Notes: a model not told the origin generated them from the letters alone. A stretch of DNA of 64,000 bases from Bacteroidota bacterium (GCA_036159995.1 JAYYEI010000070.1:11928-75927), one strand, 5' to 3'; numbered from the stretch's first letter, positions 40,813-50,992 are shown. A program made the numbers and translations.

Positions 40813-41493
40813 TCAAGCCTCGTCCAACAGGTCGGGGCGAAGTCGTTTTGTGCGTTCCATCGCCTGTTCCATCCTCCATTGGTCGATTTCCGCATGATGG
40901 CCTCCGAGAAGGACCTCCGGGACGGCGTGTCCGTTCCATTCGGCGGGCCTCGTGTAGACCGGAGGCGCGAGCAGTCCATCCTGGAAACTGTCGGTGAGGG
41001 CGCTTTCGCCATCCCCGATGGCGCCCGGGACGAGGCGGACGATGGCGTCGGCCAGGACGGCTGCGGCCAATTCTCCTCCGCTCAGCACGTAATCGCCGAT
41101 GCTCAGCTCGAGGGTGATGACGTGGTCGCGGATGCGTTGGTCGATGCCCTTGTAGTGGCCACACAGCATCAGCAGGTTGCCGGACAGGCTCAATTGGTTT
41201 ACCCGGGATTGGCCCAGTCGCTCTCCGTCTGGAGTGAGGTAGATGATTTCGTCGTAGTCGCGTTGGGACTTCAGTTCGGCTATGGCGTCGACGATGGGCT
41301 GGATGGCCATCACCATGCCGGCGCCTCCGCCGAAGGGAGTGTCGTCGATTTTGCCGTGCTTGTCGGTGGTCCACTTGCGGATGTCGTGGACCTCAACCTC
41401 TACGACCCCAGCCTTTCGGGCGCGCCCTACGATGCTTTCGCTGAAGGGGCCCTGGAGCAGGTCGGGCACGGCGGAGAGGATGTCGATGCGCAT
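40813..41493 (-). CDS. trmD: tRNA (guanine37-N1)-methyltransferase
   Basis: Start at ATG 41493 ([13 protein letters not shown]). [14 protein letters not shown] and the [16 protein letters not shown] motif. Confidence 0.93.
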   Translation of the reverse strand: MRIDILSAVPDLLQGPFSESIVGRARKAGVVEVEVHDIRKWTTDKHGKIDDTPFGGGAGMVMAIQPIVDAIAELKSQRDYDEIIYLTPDGERLGQSRVNQLSLSGNLLMLCGHYKGIDQRIRDHVITLELSIGDYVLSGGELAAAVLADAIVRLVPGAIGDGESALTDSFQDGLLAPPVYTRPAEWNGHAVPEVLLGGHHAEIDQWRMEQAMERTKRLRPDLLDEA

Positions 41494-41497
41494 CGGA

Positions 41498-42481
41498 TCA
41501 GTACTCGGGGTGGGCGGGTGCATTGTCCAGGATTTCCTCGATGCGGGCCATGACGTCTTCCGTCAGGAGCGGAACGACCGCAGGAGCACCGAGGTTCTCC
41601 TCGAGTTGCTCGAGCTTGGAGGCGCCGAGGAGGACGGTTGAGACGTCCGGATTCTTGAGGCACCAGGCCAGGGCCAGCTTGGGCAGGGTCGTGCCGAGGT
41701 CCCCGGCGAGGTCGCCCAGGCGTTCCACCTTGGCGAGGTTCTTTTCGTTGAGCACGATGTCGGCAAGCCAGCTCAGCTCCTCGCGCTTGAGCCGGACATT
41801 GGCGCCGGCGCCCCGGTTGTACTTGCCGGTCAGCAGGCCGGAGGCGAGGGGGCTCCAGATGGTGGTTCCCAGGCCCACCGTGCGGTACACGTCTTGGAAT
41901 TCGGCCTCCACCTTGCGGCGCACAAACATGTTGTACTGGGGCTGCTCCATGACCGGGCCGATGAGGTTGTGGCGCTCGGCAATGCGGTGGGCGTCCATGA
42001 TTTCTGCGGCACTCCATTCGCTCGTGCCCCAGTAGAGGACCTTGCCCTGCTGAATCAGCTGGTGCATCGTCCAGACCGTTTCCTCCATGGGGGTCTGCTT
42101 GTCCGGTCGATGGCAGAAGTACAGGTCGAGGTAGTCCACCCGCAAGCGCTTGAGCGCATCATGGCAGGCCTCGACCACGTGCTTGCGGTGCAGGCCGCGC
42201 TGGGTGGGGAGTTTTCCGCCGGCACCGAAGAAGACCTTGGAGGACACGCACCAGGTGTCGCGCGGCCAGTCGCGCTGGGCGAGCAGCCGCCCCATGACTT
42301 CTTCCGACGCCCCGTCAGCGTAGGTCTCGGCATTGTCGAAGAAGTTGATGCCGGCATCGTAGGCCATGTCGAGCAACCGGCCACTGGTTCCGTCCTCGAT
42401 CTGGTTGCCGAAGGTGATCCAGCTTCCGAAGGACAGTTCGGACAATTGGAGGCCACTGCGCCCCAGCCTGCGGTATTCCAT
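41498..42481 (-). CDS. aldo/keto reductase (Kv-beta-like family)
   Basis: 327 aa. [39 protein letters not shown]. Confidence 0.9.
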   Translation of the reverse strand: MEYRRLGRSGLQLSELSFGSWITFGNQIEDGTSGRLLDMAYDAGINFFDNAETYADGASEEVMGRLLAQRDWPRDTWCVSSKVFFGAGGKLPTQRGLHRKHVVEACHDALKRLRVDYLDLYFCHRPDKQTPMEETVWTMHQLIQQGKVLYWGTSEWSAAEIMDAHRIAERHNLIGPVMEQPQYNMFVRRKVEAEFQDVYRTVGLGTTIWSPLASGLLTGKYNRGAGANVRLKREELSWLADIVLNEKNLAKVERLGDLAGDLGTTLPKLALAWCLKNPDVSTVLLGASKLEQLEENLGAPAVVPLLTEDVMARIEEILDNAPAHPEY

Positions 42482-42485
42482 GCTG

Positions 42486-42493
42486 CGAAGTTA
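42486..42493 (-). promoter_or_regulatory. putative -7 promoter box TAACTTCG for the aldo/keto reductase-trmD-rplS unit
   Basis: Exact match on the minus strand, 4 nt (cagc) before ATG 42481. Confidence 0.45.
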
Positions 42494-42535
42494 GCGGGCG
42501 GTGGAGGGAACCGAACCGGGGAGGGGGCCGCGTTG

Positions 42536-42543
42536 TAATTTTG
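42536..42543 (+). promoter_or_regulatory. putative -7 promoter box TAATTTTG for ppc
   Basis: Exact canonical TAnnTTTG, 43 nt before ATG 42587. Confidence 0.5.
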
Positions 42544-42586
42544 GGGAACCCGGCAATGCTCCGGATTCAACGCAATCCTGAACTCC

Positions 42587-45085
42587 ATGGAGCATTCGAC
42601 CTACGCGTCCGCTGTGGCGCGACCCTTTGAAGTCTACAACAGCATCTTCCTGACCCTGCCGCTTGACGGCATCCGGGGCACGGGACTCCGCGTGCCGCTG
42701 TTTGCAGAAGCCTGCCGTGAGGGGCTGGCTGAGGGCCGGTCGCCGATGGACCTCCTCACCGAGCACCTGTCTGAAGTGCACCTGCCCGAGGAGGAGCGCG
42801 TGGGGCTGTTGTTCCGCTACGTCCAGTATATCGAGCGACAAGTGGTGCTGGTGGATGCGCTGGAGGACGCCCGATACGACCGGCTCAACGACCTCGAGGG
42901 TGCGGAGTCGCTCGCCGGCATCCTGCCCCGGATTGCCCGTCGGGGACTGCAGGAAGCCCTCTCGGACGCCCTCCGTGGCCAGCATGTTCGCGTGGTGTTG
43001 ACCGCCCACCCGACCCAGTTCTATCCCGGCACCGCCCTCGGCATCATCACGGACCTCACGGCCCGCATCGAAGCGGGTGATCTGGAAAGCGCGCACAACC
43101 TGCTCCACCAATTGGGCCTGACGCCCTTCTTCCAGACCAAGAAGCCGACGCCTTACGAAGAAGCCGTGCGCCAGAGCTGGTACCTCGAGCATGTATTCTT
43201 CGAGGCGTTGCCGCGGCTCGCGCTCCGCGTGGCGGCGTCGACTGGCGTGTCCCTCGATGTGGCGGCTGGATTGTTCTCTGTCGGCTTCTGGCCGGGTGGG
43301 GACCGGGATGGCAATCCCTATGTCGATGCTGGAACGACCCTGCGTGTGGCCCGTCGCCTGCGGCTCACGCTGCTCCGCTGCTACCGCCGAGCCTTCCGCC
43401 TGTTGCGCCGCCGCATCACCTTCAAGGGGCTGGACATCGAACTGGATGCCCTCCAGTCCAAGGTCGAGGAGGCCATCCTGGCCATTGATTCACAGGTCTT
43501 CGACGACGAGGGCGTGCTGGAAGGTCTCGAAGCAATCGAGGCCCGCGTCCGTGAAGACTTTGGCGGGCTCCACGCCGAGGAGATTGCCTTGCTCCGGGTG
43601 GCCATCCTCATGTTTGGCCGGCATTTCGCCGCCATCGACATCCGCCAGGACAGCCGGGTCCTGAAGCGCTCGGCCGATGCGCTGGGATTGCCCGCTGGAA
43701 TCGACGCCCTGCTCGCCACGGATGGGGTCGTGCCCATGGCCAAGGGAACGGACGAGGTCGTGCAGGACGCTTGGAAGGTGATGGAGTCCATCCGGGAAAT
43801 CCAGCAGCTCAACGGACCTCGGGGATGCCACCGCTTCATCATCAGCAATTGCCGCGGAGCTGAAGATGTGATCCGCCTCTTCACCATGGCGCGCCACGCC
43901 CATACCGGGTCCGAGATGACGCTCGACTTCGTGCCGCTTTTCGAAACCGTGGAGGATTTGGCCGGAGCGCCGGACCAGATGCGCACCCTGTTTGCGACGG
44001 AAGCGTACCGGAACCATGTGGCGGGGCGCGGCGATGTCCAGCATGTGATGTTGGGCTTCAGCGACGGCACCAAGGACGGGGGATACCTCCGGGCCAACTG
44101 GTCCATCCACCAGGCCAAGGAGCGCCTGTCCGCCGTATGCCGTGAAGCGGGCGTGGAGGTCGTCTTCTTCGATGGCCGTGGCGGTCCGCCGGCCCGCGGT
44201 GGCGGCAACACGCACCGCTTCTATGCGAGTCTGGGCCCGGACGTCGACACCCGGGAGGTTCAGACCACCATTCAGGGGCAGTCCATCAGTTCCAACTTCG
44301 GAACGCCCCGGAGTGCCTCCTACAACCTCGAGCTCCTTTTGACGGCGGGCATTCAGCACCGTTTGATTGATCCCGAAAAATCACGGTGGACGGAAGGGCA
44401 GCGGGCCCTGATGGATCAATTGGCCGAACGGAGTTATGCGGAATACACGGCCTTGAAGGCCCATCCCGTGTTCATGGAGTACCTCTCCACCTACGGCACG
44501 CTCAAGCACTATGGCGCGACCAACATCGCCAGCCGGCCGACCAGCCGGAAGAAGGACGGGCCGCTGACCTTGGATGATTTGAGGGCCATTCCATTTGTGG
44601 GGTCTTGGAGCCAGTTGAAGCAGAATGTGCCCGGGTTCTTCGGCATTGGCACGGCACTGGCCGAGTTGGAGAAGGAGGGAAGGTTGGAGGAAGCGGCGGA
44701 GCTCTACCGCACCCAACCCTTGTTTGCCGCCTTGCTGGAGAACAGCATGCAGAGCATGCGCAAGTGCAACTTCGCTCTGACGGCCCATCTTGAGCAGGAT
44801 GACCGGTTTGGCGATCTCTGGCGGACGGTGCGGGCTGAGTTTGAACTGAGCCGAACCCTGATTCTGCGCATTTCCGGACAGACCGAGCTGATGGAGCGGG
44901 CCCCGGCCATTGCCGAATCCATCGACCTCCGCGAAGGCATCATCCTCCCGTTGCTCGTGATCCAGCAGGCCGCCTTGCAGTGGCTGGACGGTCAGGGCCA
45001 GTCGCCGGCGGAGGCCGCCGTCCTCGAAAAGCTGGTGGTCCGGACGATGTTTGGCATCATCAACGCCGGCCGCAACGCCGTCTGA
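42587..45085 (+). CDS. ppc: phosphoenolpyruvate carboxylase
   Basis: 832 aa. VLTAHPTQF, GFSDGTKDGGYL, FFDGRGGPPARGGG motifs. Confidence 0.95.
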   Translation: MEHSTYASAVARPFEVYNSIFLTLPLDGIRGTGLRVPLFAEACREGLAEGRSPMDLLTEHLSEVHLPEEERVGLLFRYVQYIERQVVLVDALEDARYDRLNDLEGAESLAGILPRIARRGLQEALSDALRGQHVRVVLTAHPTQFYPGTALGIITDLTARIEAGDLESAHNLLHQLGLTPFFQTKKPTPYEEAVRQSWYLEHVFFEALPRLALRVAASTGVSLDVAAGLFSVGFWPGGDRDGNPYVDAGTTLRVARRLRLTLLRCYRRAFRLLRRRITFKGLDIELDALQSKVEEAILAIDSQVFDDEGVLEGLEAIEARVREDFGGLHAEEIALLRVAILMFGRHFAAIDIRQDSRVLKRSADALGLPAGIDALLATDGVVPMAKGTDEVVQDAWKVMESIREIQQLNGPRGCHRFIISNCRGAEDVIRLFTMARHAHTGSEMTLDFVPLFETVEDLAGAPDQMRTLFATEAYRNHVAGRGDVQHVMLGFSDGTKDGGYLRANWSIHQAKERLSAVCREAGVEVVFFDGRGGPPARGGGNTHRFYASLGPDVDTREVQTTIQGQSISSNFGTPRSASYNLELLLTAGIQHRLIDPEKSRWTEGQRALMDQLAERSYAEYTALKAHPVFMEYLSTYGTLKHYGATNIASRPTSRKKDGPLTLDDLRAIPFVGSWSQLKQNVPGFFGIGTALAELEKEGRLEEAAELYRTQPLFAALLENSMQSMRKCNFALTAHLEQDDRFGDLWRTVRAEFELSRTLILRISGQTELMERAPAIAESIDLREGIILPLLVIQQAALQWLDGQGQSPAEAAVLEKLVVRTMFGIINAGRNAV

Positions 45086-45106
45086 CGACGAGAATCTGAT
45101 GACATC

Positions 45107-45137
45107 AAAAAGCCCCGCCGGATAGGCGGGGCTTTTC
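45107..45137. terminator. bidirectional rho-independent terminator between convergent ppc and S46 peptidase genes
   Basis: AAAAA-AGCCCCGCC-GGATA-GGCGGGGCT-TTT. Perfect 9-bp GC-rich stem (45111-45119 / 45125-45133), 5-nt loop, A-tract upstream and T-tract downstream. Confidence 0.8.
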
Positions 45138-45157
45138 GTTGTGGGTGTGGCGCGAGA

Positions 45158-47380
45158 TCAGCGTCCTTCTTCCACAGCCGGAGCGGCCTCGTCGGCAGCG
45201 GGCATCGGCTTGGGCGTGGTCACGAAGTCGATTTCGTCGATGAGGTTCTGGGCGCCGGCCATCTTGTCGATGACCCACATGACGTAGCGGATGTCCACGC
45301 TGATGGTACGCTGGAGCTCCGGTTCGAAGGCGATGTCGCCGCTCATGGCCTCCCAGTTGCCGTCGAAGGCGAGGCCGATGAGGTCTCCGTTGCCATTCAG
45401 GACCGGGCTGCCAGAGTTGCCACCGGTGATGTCGTTGCCGGAGATGAAGCAGAGGACGAGGTCTCCATTCTCGTCGGCGTAGCGACCATAATCCTGTTTG
45501 CGGATGAGCGTCTCGAGGGTGGGGTCCACCACGAACTCGGGATTGCTGTTGTCCTTCTTCTGCAGGATGCCGTTGGCTGTCGTGACGAAGTCGTAGTGCA
45601 CGGCGTCGGCGGGATCGTAGTCTCCGACCTGGCCGTAGCTGAGGCGCATGGTGGAGTTGGCGTCCGGGTACCACATCTTCTCAGGCTTCATCTCCCGGAG
45701 GCCGGCGGTCAGCAGGCGGTAGCCCTTGTCGAATTTGCTCTGCTCCGGCGAGGCGAAGTAGCCGCGGTACGTGTCGATCAGGCTCATGGCTGCGGCCACG
45801 GCGAGGTCCTTGTCGAGGGCCTTCTGGTCGGGATCGGCGAGGAACTCCTTGAACCGGACCGGGTCGGTCAGGAAGCTCTTGGGGTACATCTTGTCCGCGT
45901 ACCGGGCGAAGTCTCCCTTGTACTTGTCGCGTACGGTGGCGAAGAAGGCGGGATGCTGGTCCGGGGCGATGTCCGTCATGTACTTGGTCATGAGCTGGAT
46001 GAACAGGTCGCGGTCGGTCTCTTGGTCGTAATCCTTGAAGAATCCGTCGGCTCGGCCCTGGAGGGCAGCAGCGGCACCATCCGCCCGGTCGGCATCCTCG
46101 CTGAAGAGGCCCTGGGCGCCCATGCCCACGCGGAACGCGAAGAGCATCAGGTCACACCCAATGAGGCCGGCCTCGAGCGAGTAGACCTGTCCCTTGACGG
46201 TGGCGTCGGTGTTGGCATAGTACTCGTCGAGCAGGCCGAGGGTCTCGCCGTACAGGGCCTCCCGGTCGGCGTTGCCGTCCATCCAGGCGCTGAACTCGTC
46301 CTCGAGGGCCTTCTTCTTGCCGTAGACGTCGAGCGCCTTCAGGCCCTTGGACTGGCCGATGTAGTACTTCCAGTAGTTCGCCGTTTGGGCATACTTGGCA
46401 GCATATTGGATGCGGACGGCCGGGTCGGCGTCCATGTGGGACTTCATGGTCTTGAGCTTGAGGTCGCGGACGTCCACCACGCTGGGGTTGTACAGGTCGA
46501 GGGCCTGCTGGATGCCGCGGCTGCTCAGGAAACGGTCGGTGCTGCCGGGGTAGCCCATGATCATGGTGAAGTCGCCATTCTGGACCCCGTCGAGGCTCAC
46601 TTTGAGGTGGCGCTTGGGCTGGTAGGGAACGTTTTCCTCGCTGTAGTCGGCCGGGTTGTTGTCGGCGTCCGCGTAGATGCGGAGGAGCGAGAAGTCACCC
46701 GTGTGGCGGGGCCACATCCAGTTGTCCGTGTCGCCACCGAACTTGCCGATGCTCTCCGGCGGGTTGCCCACGAGGCGGATGTCGGTGTAGTCCCGGTAGA
46801 CGAACAGGTAGAACTCGTTGGCGTGGTAGAAGGACTTGACCTGCGGGCGGAAGTCCGGATTGATGCCGCGCTCCTCCTCTTCGATTTGGCCAATGACGGC
46901 CTGGATGGTCTGCTGGCGGGTGCCCTCGTCCATGTCGTCAGTGACGTCGGCGAGCACGCGCTCGGTCACATCCTCAATGCGCTGGAGGAAGGTCACGCTG
47001 AAGTCCGGGATCGGCTTCTCTTCCTCGAGGCTCATGGCCCAGAACCCATTGGTCAGGATGTCATCCTCGACGGTGCTGAACCCCTGGATCGCGCCGTAAG
47101 CACAGTGGTGGTTGGTGAGCACGAGACCCTGGCCGGAAATGAGCTCGGCCGTGCAGCTGCCCCCGTTGAGGGTGATGACGGCGTCCTTCAGACAGGCTTG
47201 GTTCAGGGAGTAGATGTCCTCGGCGGAGAGGTTCAGTCCCATCTCCTGCATCTCGGCTTCGTTGATGCGCTGGAGCATGTGGAGGAGCCACATGCCCTCG
47301 TCGGCGCGGGCGTTGGTGGCGAACAGTTGGAATGCCGCGAAGAGCAGCAGGAAGAGACGTTGCTTCATGGTGTTGTTCAT
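45158..47380 (-). CDS. S46 family dipeptidyl-peptidase (DPP7/DPP11-like)
   Basis: Start at ATG 47380 (MNNTMKQRLFLLLFAAFQLFATNARADEGMWLL). TNHHCAY (His) and TGGNSGSPVLNGNGDLIGLAFDGNWE (Ser). The 81-codon ORF-track extension is rejected. Confidence 0.88.
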   Translation of the reverse strand: MNNTMKQRLFLLLFAAFQLFATNARADEGMWLLHMLQRINEAEMQEMGLNLSAEDIYSLNQACLKDAVITLNGGSCTAELISGQGLVLTNHHCAYGAIQGFSTVEDDILTNGFWAMSLEEEKPIPDFSVTFLQRIEDVTERVLADVTDDMDEGTRQQTIQAVIGQIEEEERGINPDFRPQVKSFYHANEFYLFVYRDYTDIRLVGNPPESIGKFGGDTDNWMWPRHTGDFSLLRIYADADNNPADYSEENVPYQPKRHLKVSLDGVQNGDFTMIMGYPGSTDRFLSSRGIQQALDLYNPSVVDVRDLKLKTMKSHMDADPAVRIQYAAKYAQTANYWKYYIGQSKGLKALDVYGKKKALEDEFSAWMDGNADREALYGETLGLLDEYYANTDATVKGQVYSLEAGLIGCDLMLFAFRVGMGAQGLFSEDADRADGAAAALQGRADGFFKDYDQETDRDLFIQLMTKYMTDIAPDQHPAFFATVRDKYKGDFARYADKMYPKSFLTDPVRFKEFLADPDQKALDKDLAVAAAMSLIDTYRGYFASPEQSKFDKGYRLLTAGLREMKPEKMWYPDANSTMRLSYGQVGDYDPADAVHYDFVTTANGILQKKDNSNPEFVVDPTLETLIRKQDYGRYADENGDLVLCFISGNDITGGNSGSPVLNGNGDLIGLAFDGNWEAMSGDIAFEPELQRTISVDIRYVMWVIDKMAGAQNLIDEIDFVTTPKPMPAADEAAPAVEEGR

Positions 47381-47417
47381 CGTTGAATGGTGCCCATCTC
47401 CGGAGGAGCGGGGAGCG

Positions 47418-47425
47418 CGAAAATA
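47418..47425 (-). promoter_or_regulatory. putative -7 promoter box TATTTTCG for the S46 peptidase gene
   Basis: Exact match on the minus strand, 37 nt before ATG 47380, in the gap after the DUF6438-like gene. Confidence 0.45.
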
Positions 47426-47435
47426 GGGCAGGGTT

Positions 47436-47900
47436 TCAATGCCCGGTGGAAATCCACTCTGTGGTCTCGAGGAGGCTGTCCAGAACCGCGTACAGTGCCT
47501 CGATGTCGGGCCCTTCGAATCGGTCGACCACGTCATATCCGGCAAGGCGAATGTGCTTGGAGGGGAGGTCGGTGACCAGGGGATTGTCGTACCGGCCGGT
47601 CTTGGTCCGGAAGGCCACGGCATGGGCGGCGTCGGCCACGGCTTGCCGGTCCTCCTCGGACCAGGTGGCGACCTGGTTTCCTTCGGGGGTCACGTTCCGT
47701 CGGCCTTGGAAGCGGGCCGATCCATTCCGGTCCACTTCCAGCTCAAAGGCGGGACAGGGACCGAAGCAGGGGGTGCGCTCGTAGATCAGCCACGGCCCCT
47801 CGCTGGTGGCCAGATAGGCTCTTGGGCCAGCGCACCCGCTGAGGGCGAGCCACAGGGTGGCGGTACCCAAAGTCGAGGCAAATCCCTGCCGGGAGGTCAT
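47436..47900 (-). CDS. lipoprotein, DUF6438-like
   Basis: 154 aa. Lipobox WLALSGC, then the RTPCFGPCPAFELEV pattern as in DUF6438 (from memory). 4-nt overlap with the yidC stop. Confidence 0.6.
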   Translation of the reverse strand: MTSRQGFASTLGTATLWLALSGCAGPRAYLATSEGPWLIYERTPCFGPCPAFELEVDRNGSARFQGRRNVTPEGNQVATWSEEDRQAVADAAHAVAFRTKTGRYDNPLVTDLPSKHIRLAGYDVVDRFEGPDIEALYAVLDSLLETTEWISTGH

Positions 47901-49699
47901 TTCTTGCGCTTCTGGTTGCGGGCCTTTCGGGCCTGATCGCGCTGGCGCTTCATCTCGTCGGCCTTCTTCTGCTGTTCCTTTTGCATGGCCTCGAGGCGTT
48001 CGGCGAAGCTGCTCTTCTTTTTCTCGTCTTTCGGCTCAGCCTGCTTGGCCTTGATCTTCTCCCGAATCTTGTCCTCGTCGATGAAGAACTTCTTGACGGT
48101 GGTGACCTGTCCGATGGTGATCAGGTTGGCGATGAAGTAATACAGGCTCAGGCCGCTCGCGAACTTGTTGAAGAAGAACAGCATGAAGAAGGGCATGATC
48201 TTGGCCATGACCCGCATGTCGGGCATGCCGGGTTGCGAGGGGGCGGCCTGCTGGGCCATGGTCTGGCCCATGTAGATGTACATCGAACCGGCCATCAGCA
48301 CGGTGAAGCCCGAGACGTGGGCTCCATAGAAGGGGATTTCGAAGGGGAGGTCCAGGATGCTGTCGAAGGCACCGAGGTCGTCCGCCCAGAGGAAGCTCTT
48401 GCCCCGGAGCTCGATGTTGGCCGGAAAGAACCGGAACATCGCGTACAGCAGAGGCATCTGGATGAGCTGGGGAATGCAGCCTGCGAGGGGGTTCACCCCA
48501 CTGTCGCGGTAGAGCTTCATCGTTTCCTGTTGGCGCTGCATGGCGTCATCCTGATCTGGATACTTGGCTTGGAGCGCCTCCATGTCCGGCTTGAGGACCC
48601 TCATCTTGGCGGAGCTGACGTAATTCTTCCACGTGATGGGGAAGAGGACGCTCTTGATGAGCAGCGTGAGGATCAGGATGATGAGGCCGGCAGATCCGAT
48701 GTAGCTCGCAAGGAACGCGTAGATCGGGAAGATGAGGTTCCGGTTGATCCAGCCGAAGATCCACCACCCGAAATCGATGACCCGGCCGATTTCGTCCCAG
48801 CCTGTGGTCTTGAGTGTGGAGGCGTCATTCGGCCCGAAATAGAACCGCAGGTCTGCCACCTCTCGCCCGTCCACATCCTCGGTGGGCAGGGCCACATCCA
48901 TGCCGTACCGCATGGTCATTGTGGTGTCCGTCGCATCCGTGGGGGGCAGGCTGCGCAACCGTCCGGAAGTGAATCCGACGTCGGTTCCGACGATGGCCGA
49001 GAAGTAATTCTGTTTGAAGGCGACCCATTCCACCGGCTCCTCGATGTCGGTGGACTTGTCCGTTCCTTCGCTCAGGTAGTCCCGGCCGCGCCCTTGCTCA
49101 CGGTAGTAGATGCTGCTTTTCTGTCGCTCGACGTCGATGCCCTTTTCGTTGTGGGCGCCGTCGGCCTGCCATTGGAATCCGACTTCCCCGCGGGCATCGG
49201 CAAATTCGGCCCGTACATCCACGAGGTAATCGTTGATGGTCCAGGTCAGGCTTCGAAGGGGCCCATCGCCACGGTTGGCGAGGACGACTTCGTTGTCGGC
49301 TTGGGAGACCACGTCAAACCGCTGGTCATAGGACCCTTCGCCGCGGGCGATGAAGTTCATGTTGGAGCCGCCCTCCGTCCAGAGCTGGATAGGCTGTTGC
49401 CGCCAGTAGTCGAGATACCCGTCCTTCAAGGTGGCCCGAACCGGAATGCCGCCATCCGTGCTGACCTCCACTTCCAACACGTCGGATCGCAAGGTGGCCA
49501 CCTGCGGAACGTAGGTGCTGTCGAGGAGCGCATTGGCGCTGGCGGTGGGAAAGTTGGCCACGGGAGACGGGGTCTCCGGGGTGGCAGCAGCCTGGGTCTG
49601 GCCTTCGGGAAGCACTTCGGGGGCGGGCACGAAGTACAGCTGATACACGATGACCATCGCGAAAATCAGCAAGAACCCTGTGATCGTGTTGCGGTCCAT
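47897..49699 (-). CDS. yidC: membrane protein insertase YidC
   Basis: 600 aa. N-terminal TM, large periplasmic domain, conserved C-terminal 5-TM core (LIKSVLFPITWKNYVSSAKMRVLKP, GCIPQLIQMPLLYAMF), basic tail. Confidence 0.93.
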   Translation of the reverse strand: MDRNTITGFLLIFAMVIVYQLYFVPAPEVLPEGQTQAAATPETPSPVANFPTASANALLDSTYVPQVATLRSDVLEVEVSTDGGIPVRATLKDGYLDYWRQQPIQLWTEGGSNMNFIARGEGSYDQRFDVVSQADNEVVLANRGDGPLRSLTWTINDYLVDVRAEFADARGEVGFQWQADGAHNEKGIDVERQKSSIYYREQGRGRDYLSEGTDKSTDIEEPVEWVAFKQNYFSAIVGTDVGFTSGRLRSLPPTDATDTTMTMRYGMDVALPTEDVDGREVADLRFYFGPNDASTLKTTGWDEIGRVIDFGWWIFGWINRNLIFPIYAFLASYIGSAGLIILILTLLIKSVLFPITWKNYVSSAKMRVLKPDMEALQAKYPDQDDAMQRQQETMKLYRDSGVNPLAGCIPQLIQMPLLYAMFRFFPANIELRGKSFLWADDLGAFDSILDLPFEIPFYGAHVSGFTVLMAGSMYIYMGQTMAQQAAPSQPGMPDMRVMAKIMPFFMLFFFNKFASGLSLYYFIANLITIGQVTTVKKFFIDEDKIREKIKAKQAEPKDEKKKSSFAERLEAMQKEQQKKADEMKRQRDQARKARNQKRKK

Positions 49700-49706
49700 T
49701 CGGCGG

Positions 49707-49714
49707 CAAACTTA
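49707..49714 (-). promoter_or_regulatory. putative -7 promoter box TAAGTTTG for yidC
   Basis: Exact canonical TAnnTTTG on the minus strand, 7 nt before ATG 49699, within the 20-nt kdsC-yidC gap. Confidence 0.5.
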
Positions 49715-49719
49715 CGGGT

Positions 49720-50256
49720 TCACCACGCGTGCGCGAGGTCATTCATCCACAAGCCTTTCACTTTCATCGCTTGCTCCAGAATGTCACGAACGCATCCCTC
49801 ACCGCCACGAACCGGGCTGATGTAGTCACAAACCGCACGGACCTCCGGAACGGCGTCGTGGGGACAGCAGGCCAGACCGACGGCCTCAAGGACCGGAATG
49901 TCCGGAATGTCATCGCCCATGTAGCAGATTTGGTCGAGGGTCAATCCCCACCGTCCGCAGAGGGCCTCCATTTCTCCCAGTTTGACCGCGGCGCCGGAGA
50001 TGACTTCGGTGACCCCGAGCCCATTCATCCGCCGCGTGACTTCCTCGCTGCGCCCACCGGTGATCATCGCCAAACGCATTCCGCACTTGGCGGCATGTTG
50101 CACGGCATACCCGTCCCGCGTGGACGCCGTCCGCACCTGTTCGCCGCCGGGCATGAGGTAGACGGTGCCATTCGTAAAGACGCCGTCGTTGTCGAAGACG
50201 AAGCCGTCAATCCCGGCGAGGCGTTCCTTGAAGTGGGGGGAGGGGGTTGTGGCCAT
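49720..50256 (-). CDS. kdsC: HAD-IIIA hydrolase, KDO 8-phosphate phosphatase-like
   Basis: 178 aa. FVFDNDGVFTNG (DxDG motif I), ITGG, YMGDDIPD motif. Confidence 0.85.
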   Translation of the reverse strand: MATTPSPHFKERLAGIDGFVFDNDGVFTNGTVYLMPGGEQVRTASTRDGYAVQHAAKCGMRLAMITGGRSEEVTRRMNGLGVTEVISGAAVKLGEMEALCGRWGLTLDQICYMGDDIPDIPVLEAVGLACCPHDAVPEVRAVCDYISPVRGGEGCVRDILEQAMKVKGLWMNDLAHAW

Positions 50257-50992
50257 GATGGGTGAGGATGCGCTGGGTCAGAATGTGGTGGAGGGTGGCA
50301 AGATCGCCCGTCGGGTCCGTTTGGGCGAGCAGGTCGGCTTGGGCCAACAGGGTGTTGCGGTCGTTGCGGGCTGCCGGTCCGGTCACGTGGTCCAGGGCAT
50401 GGCCGACGAGGGCCTTGGCGACACTGGCCTCCACCAACGGATGGAAGATGCTGGCATCCAGTCCCCTCGCTTGGAAATGCGCTTCGACCATGCCAATCCA
50501 GCCCGCGGTGAGGTTGCCAAGCAGGACGGCGCCGAGGTGGAGTTCCCGGCGTTGGGTTCCGTCGACGTCGGTGCAATGCGGCGCCAGAGTTCGCGCCCAT
50601 GTTCGGATGTCCGCATTGTCTGTGTCCACGATGAGGGGCATCGTGTCCCAATGGGGTTCTTGCTCTCCTTGGAAGGTCATGGGCGGCCACAACACGGCCG
50701 TGTCCGAGACGCGATCGCCCAGGATGTCCCGGTCGACGGATCCGGCGTGGTGGATGAGCCAAGTGCCCTCCGGGAGTGACGGCAGGATGTGGGCAGCCAC
50801 GGCACTGAGGGCATCGTCGGATACGGCGAGGAAGACGGCATCGGGGGCATCGCCAGCCTGCCAGTCGGTGAGCAGCAGCGTCCCGTCTTGTGGGCTCCGG
50901 TTCCAACGGGTCACGGCGATGCCGAGGTGATCGAGTCGGTTCGCGAGGTGCCGTCCGAGTCTGCCGCTGCCGATGACGTGGGCCCGCTTCAT
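50207..50992 (-). CDS. Rossmann-fold protein, DUF2520 / F420-type NADP oxidoreductase-like
   Basis: 261 aa. N-terminal VIGSGRLGRHLANRL dinucleotide-binding loop. 4-nt overlap with ccmF and an apparent 50-nt overlap with kdsC. Confidence 0.6.
   Translation of the reverse strand: MKRAHVIGSGRLGRHLANRLDHLGIAVTRWNRSPQDGTLLLTDWQAGDAPDAVFLAVSDDALSAVAAHILPSLPEGTWLIHHAGSVDRDILGDRVSDTAVLWPPMTFQGEQEPHWDTMPLIVDTDNADIRTWARTLAPHCTDVDGTQRRELHLGAVLLGNLTAGWIGMVEAHFQARGLDASIFHPLVEASVAKALVGHALDHVTGPAARNDRNTLLAQADLLAQTDPTGDLATLHHILTQRILTHHGHNPLPPLQGTPRRD

Noticed and set aside
47381-47623. 81-codon N-terminal extension of the S46 peptidase ORF (similar extensions at 6468-6614, 7382-7459, 33542-33634, 40315-40383, 57360-57473)
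   Set aside because: The extensions overlap upstream genes or intergenic promoter boxes, are Pro/Arg/Ser-rich, and precede obvious signal peptides or conserved N-termini.
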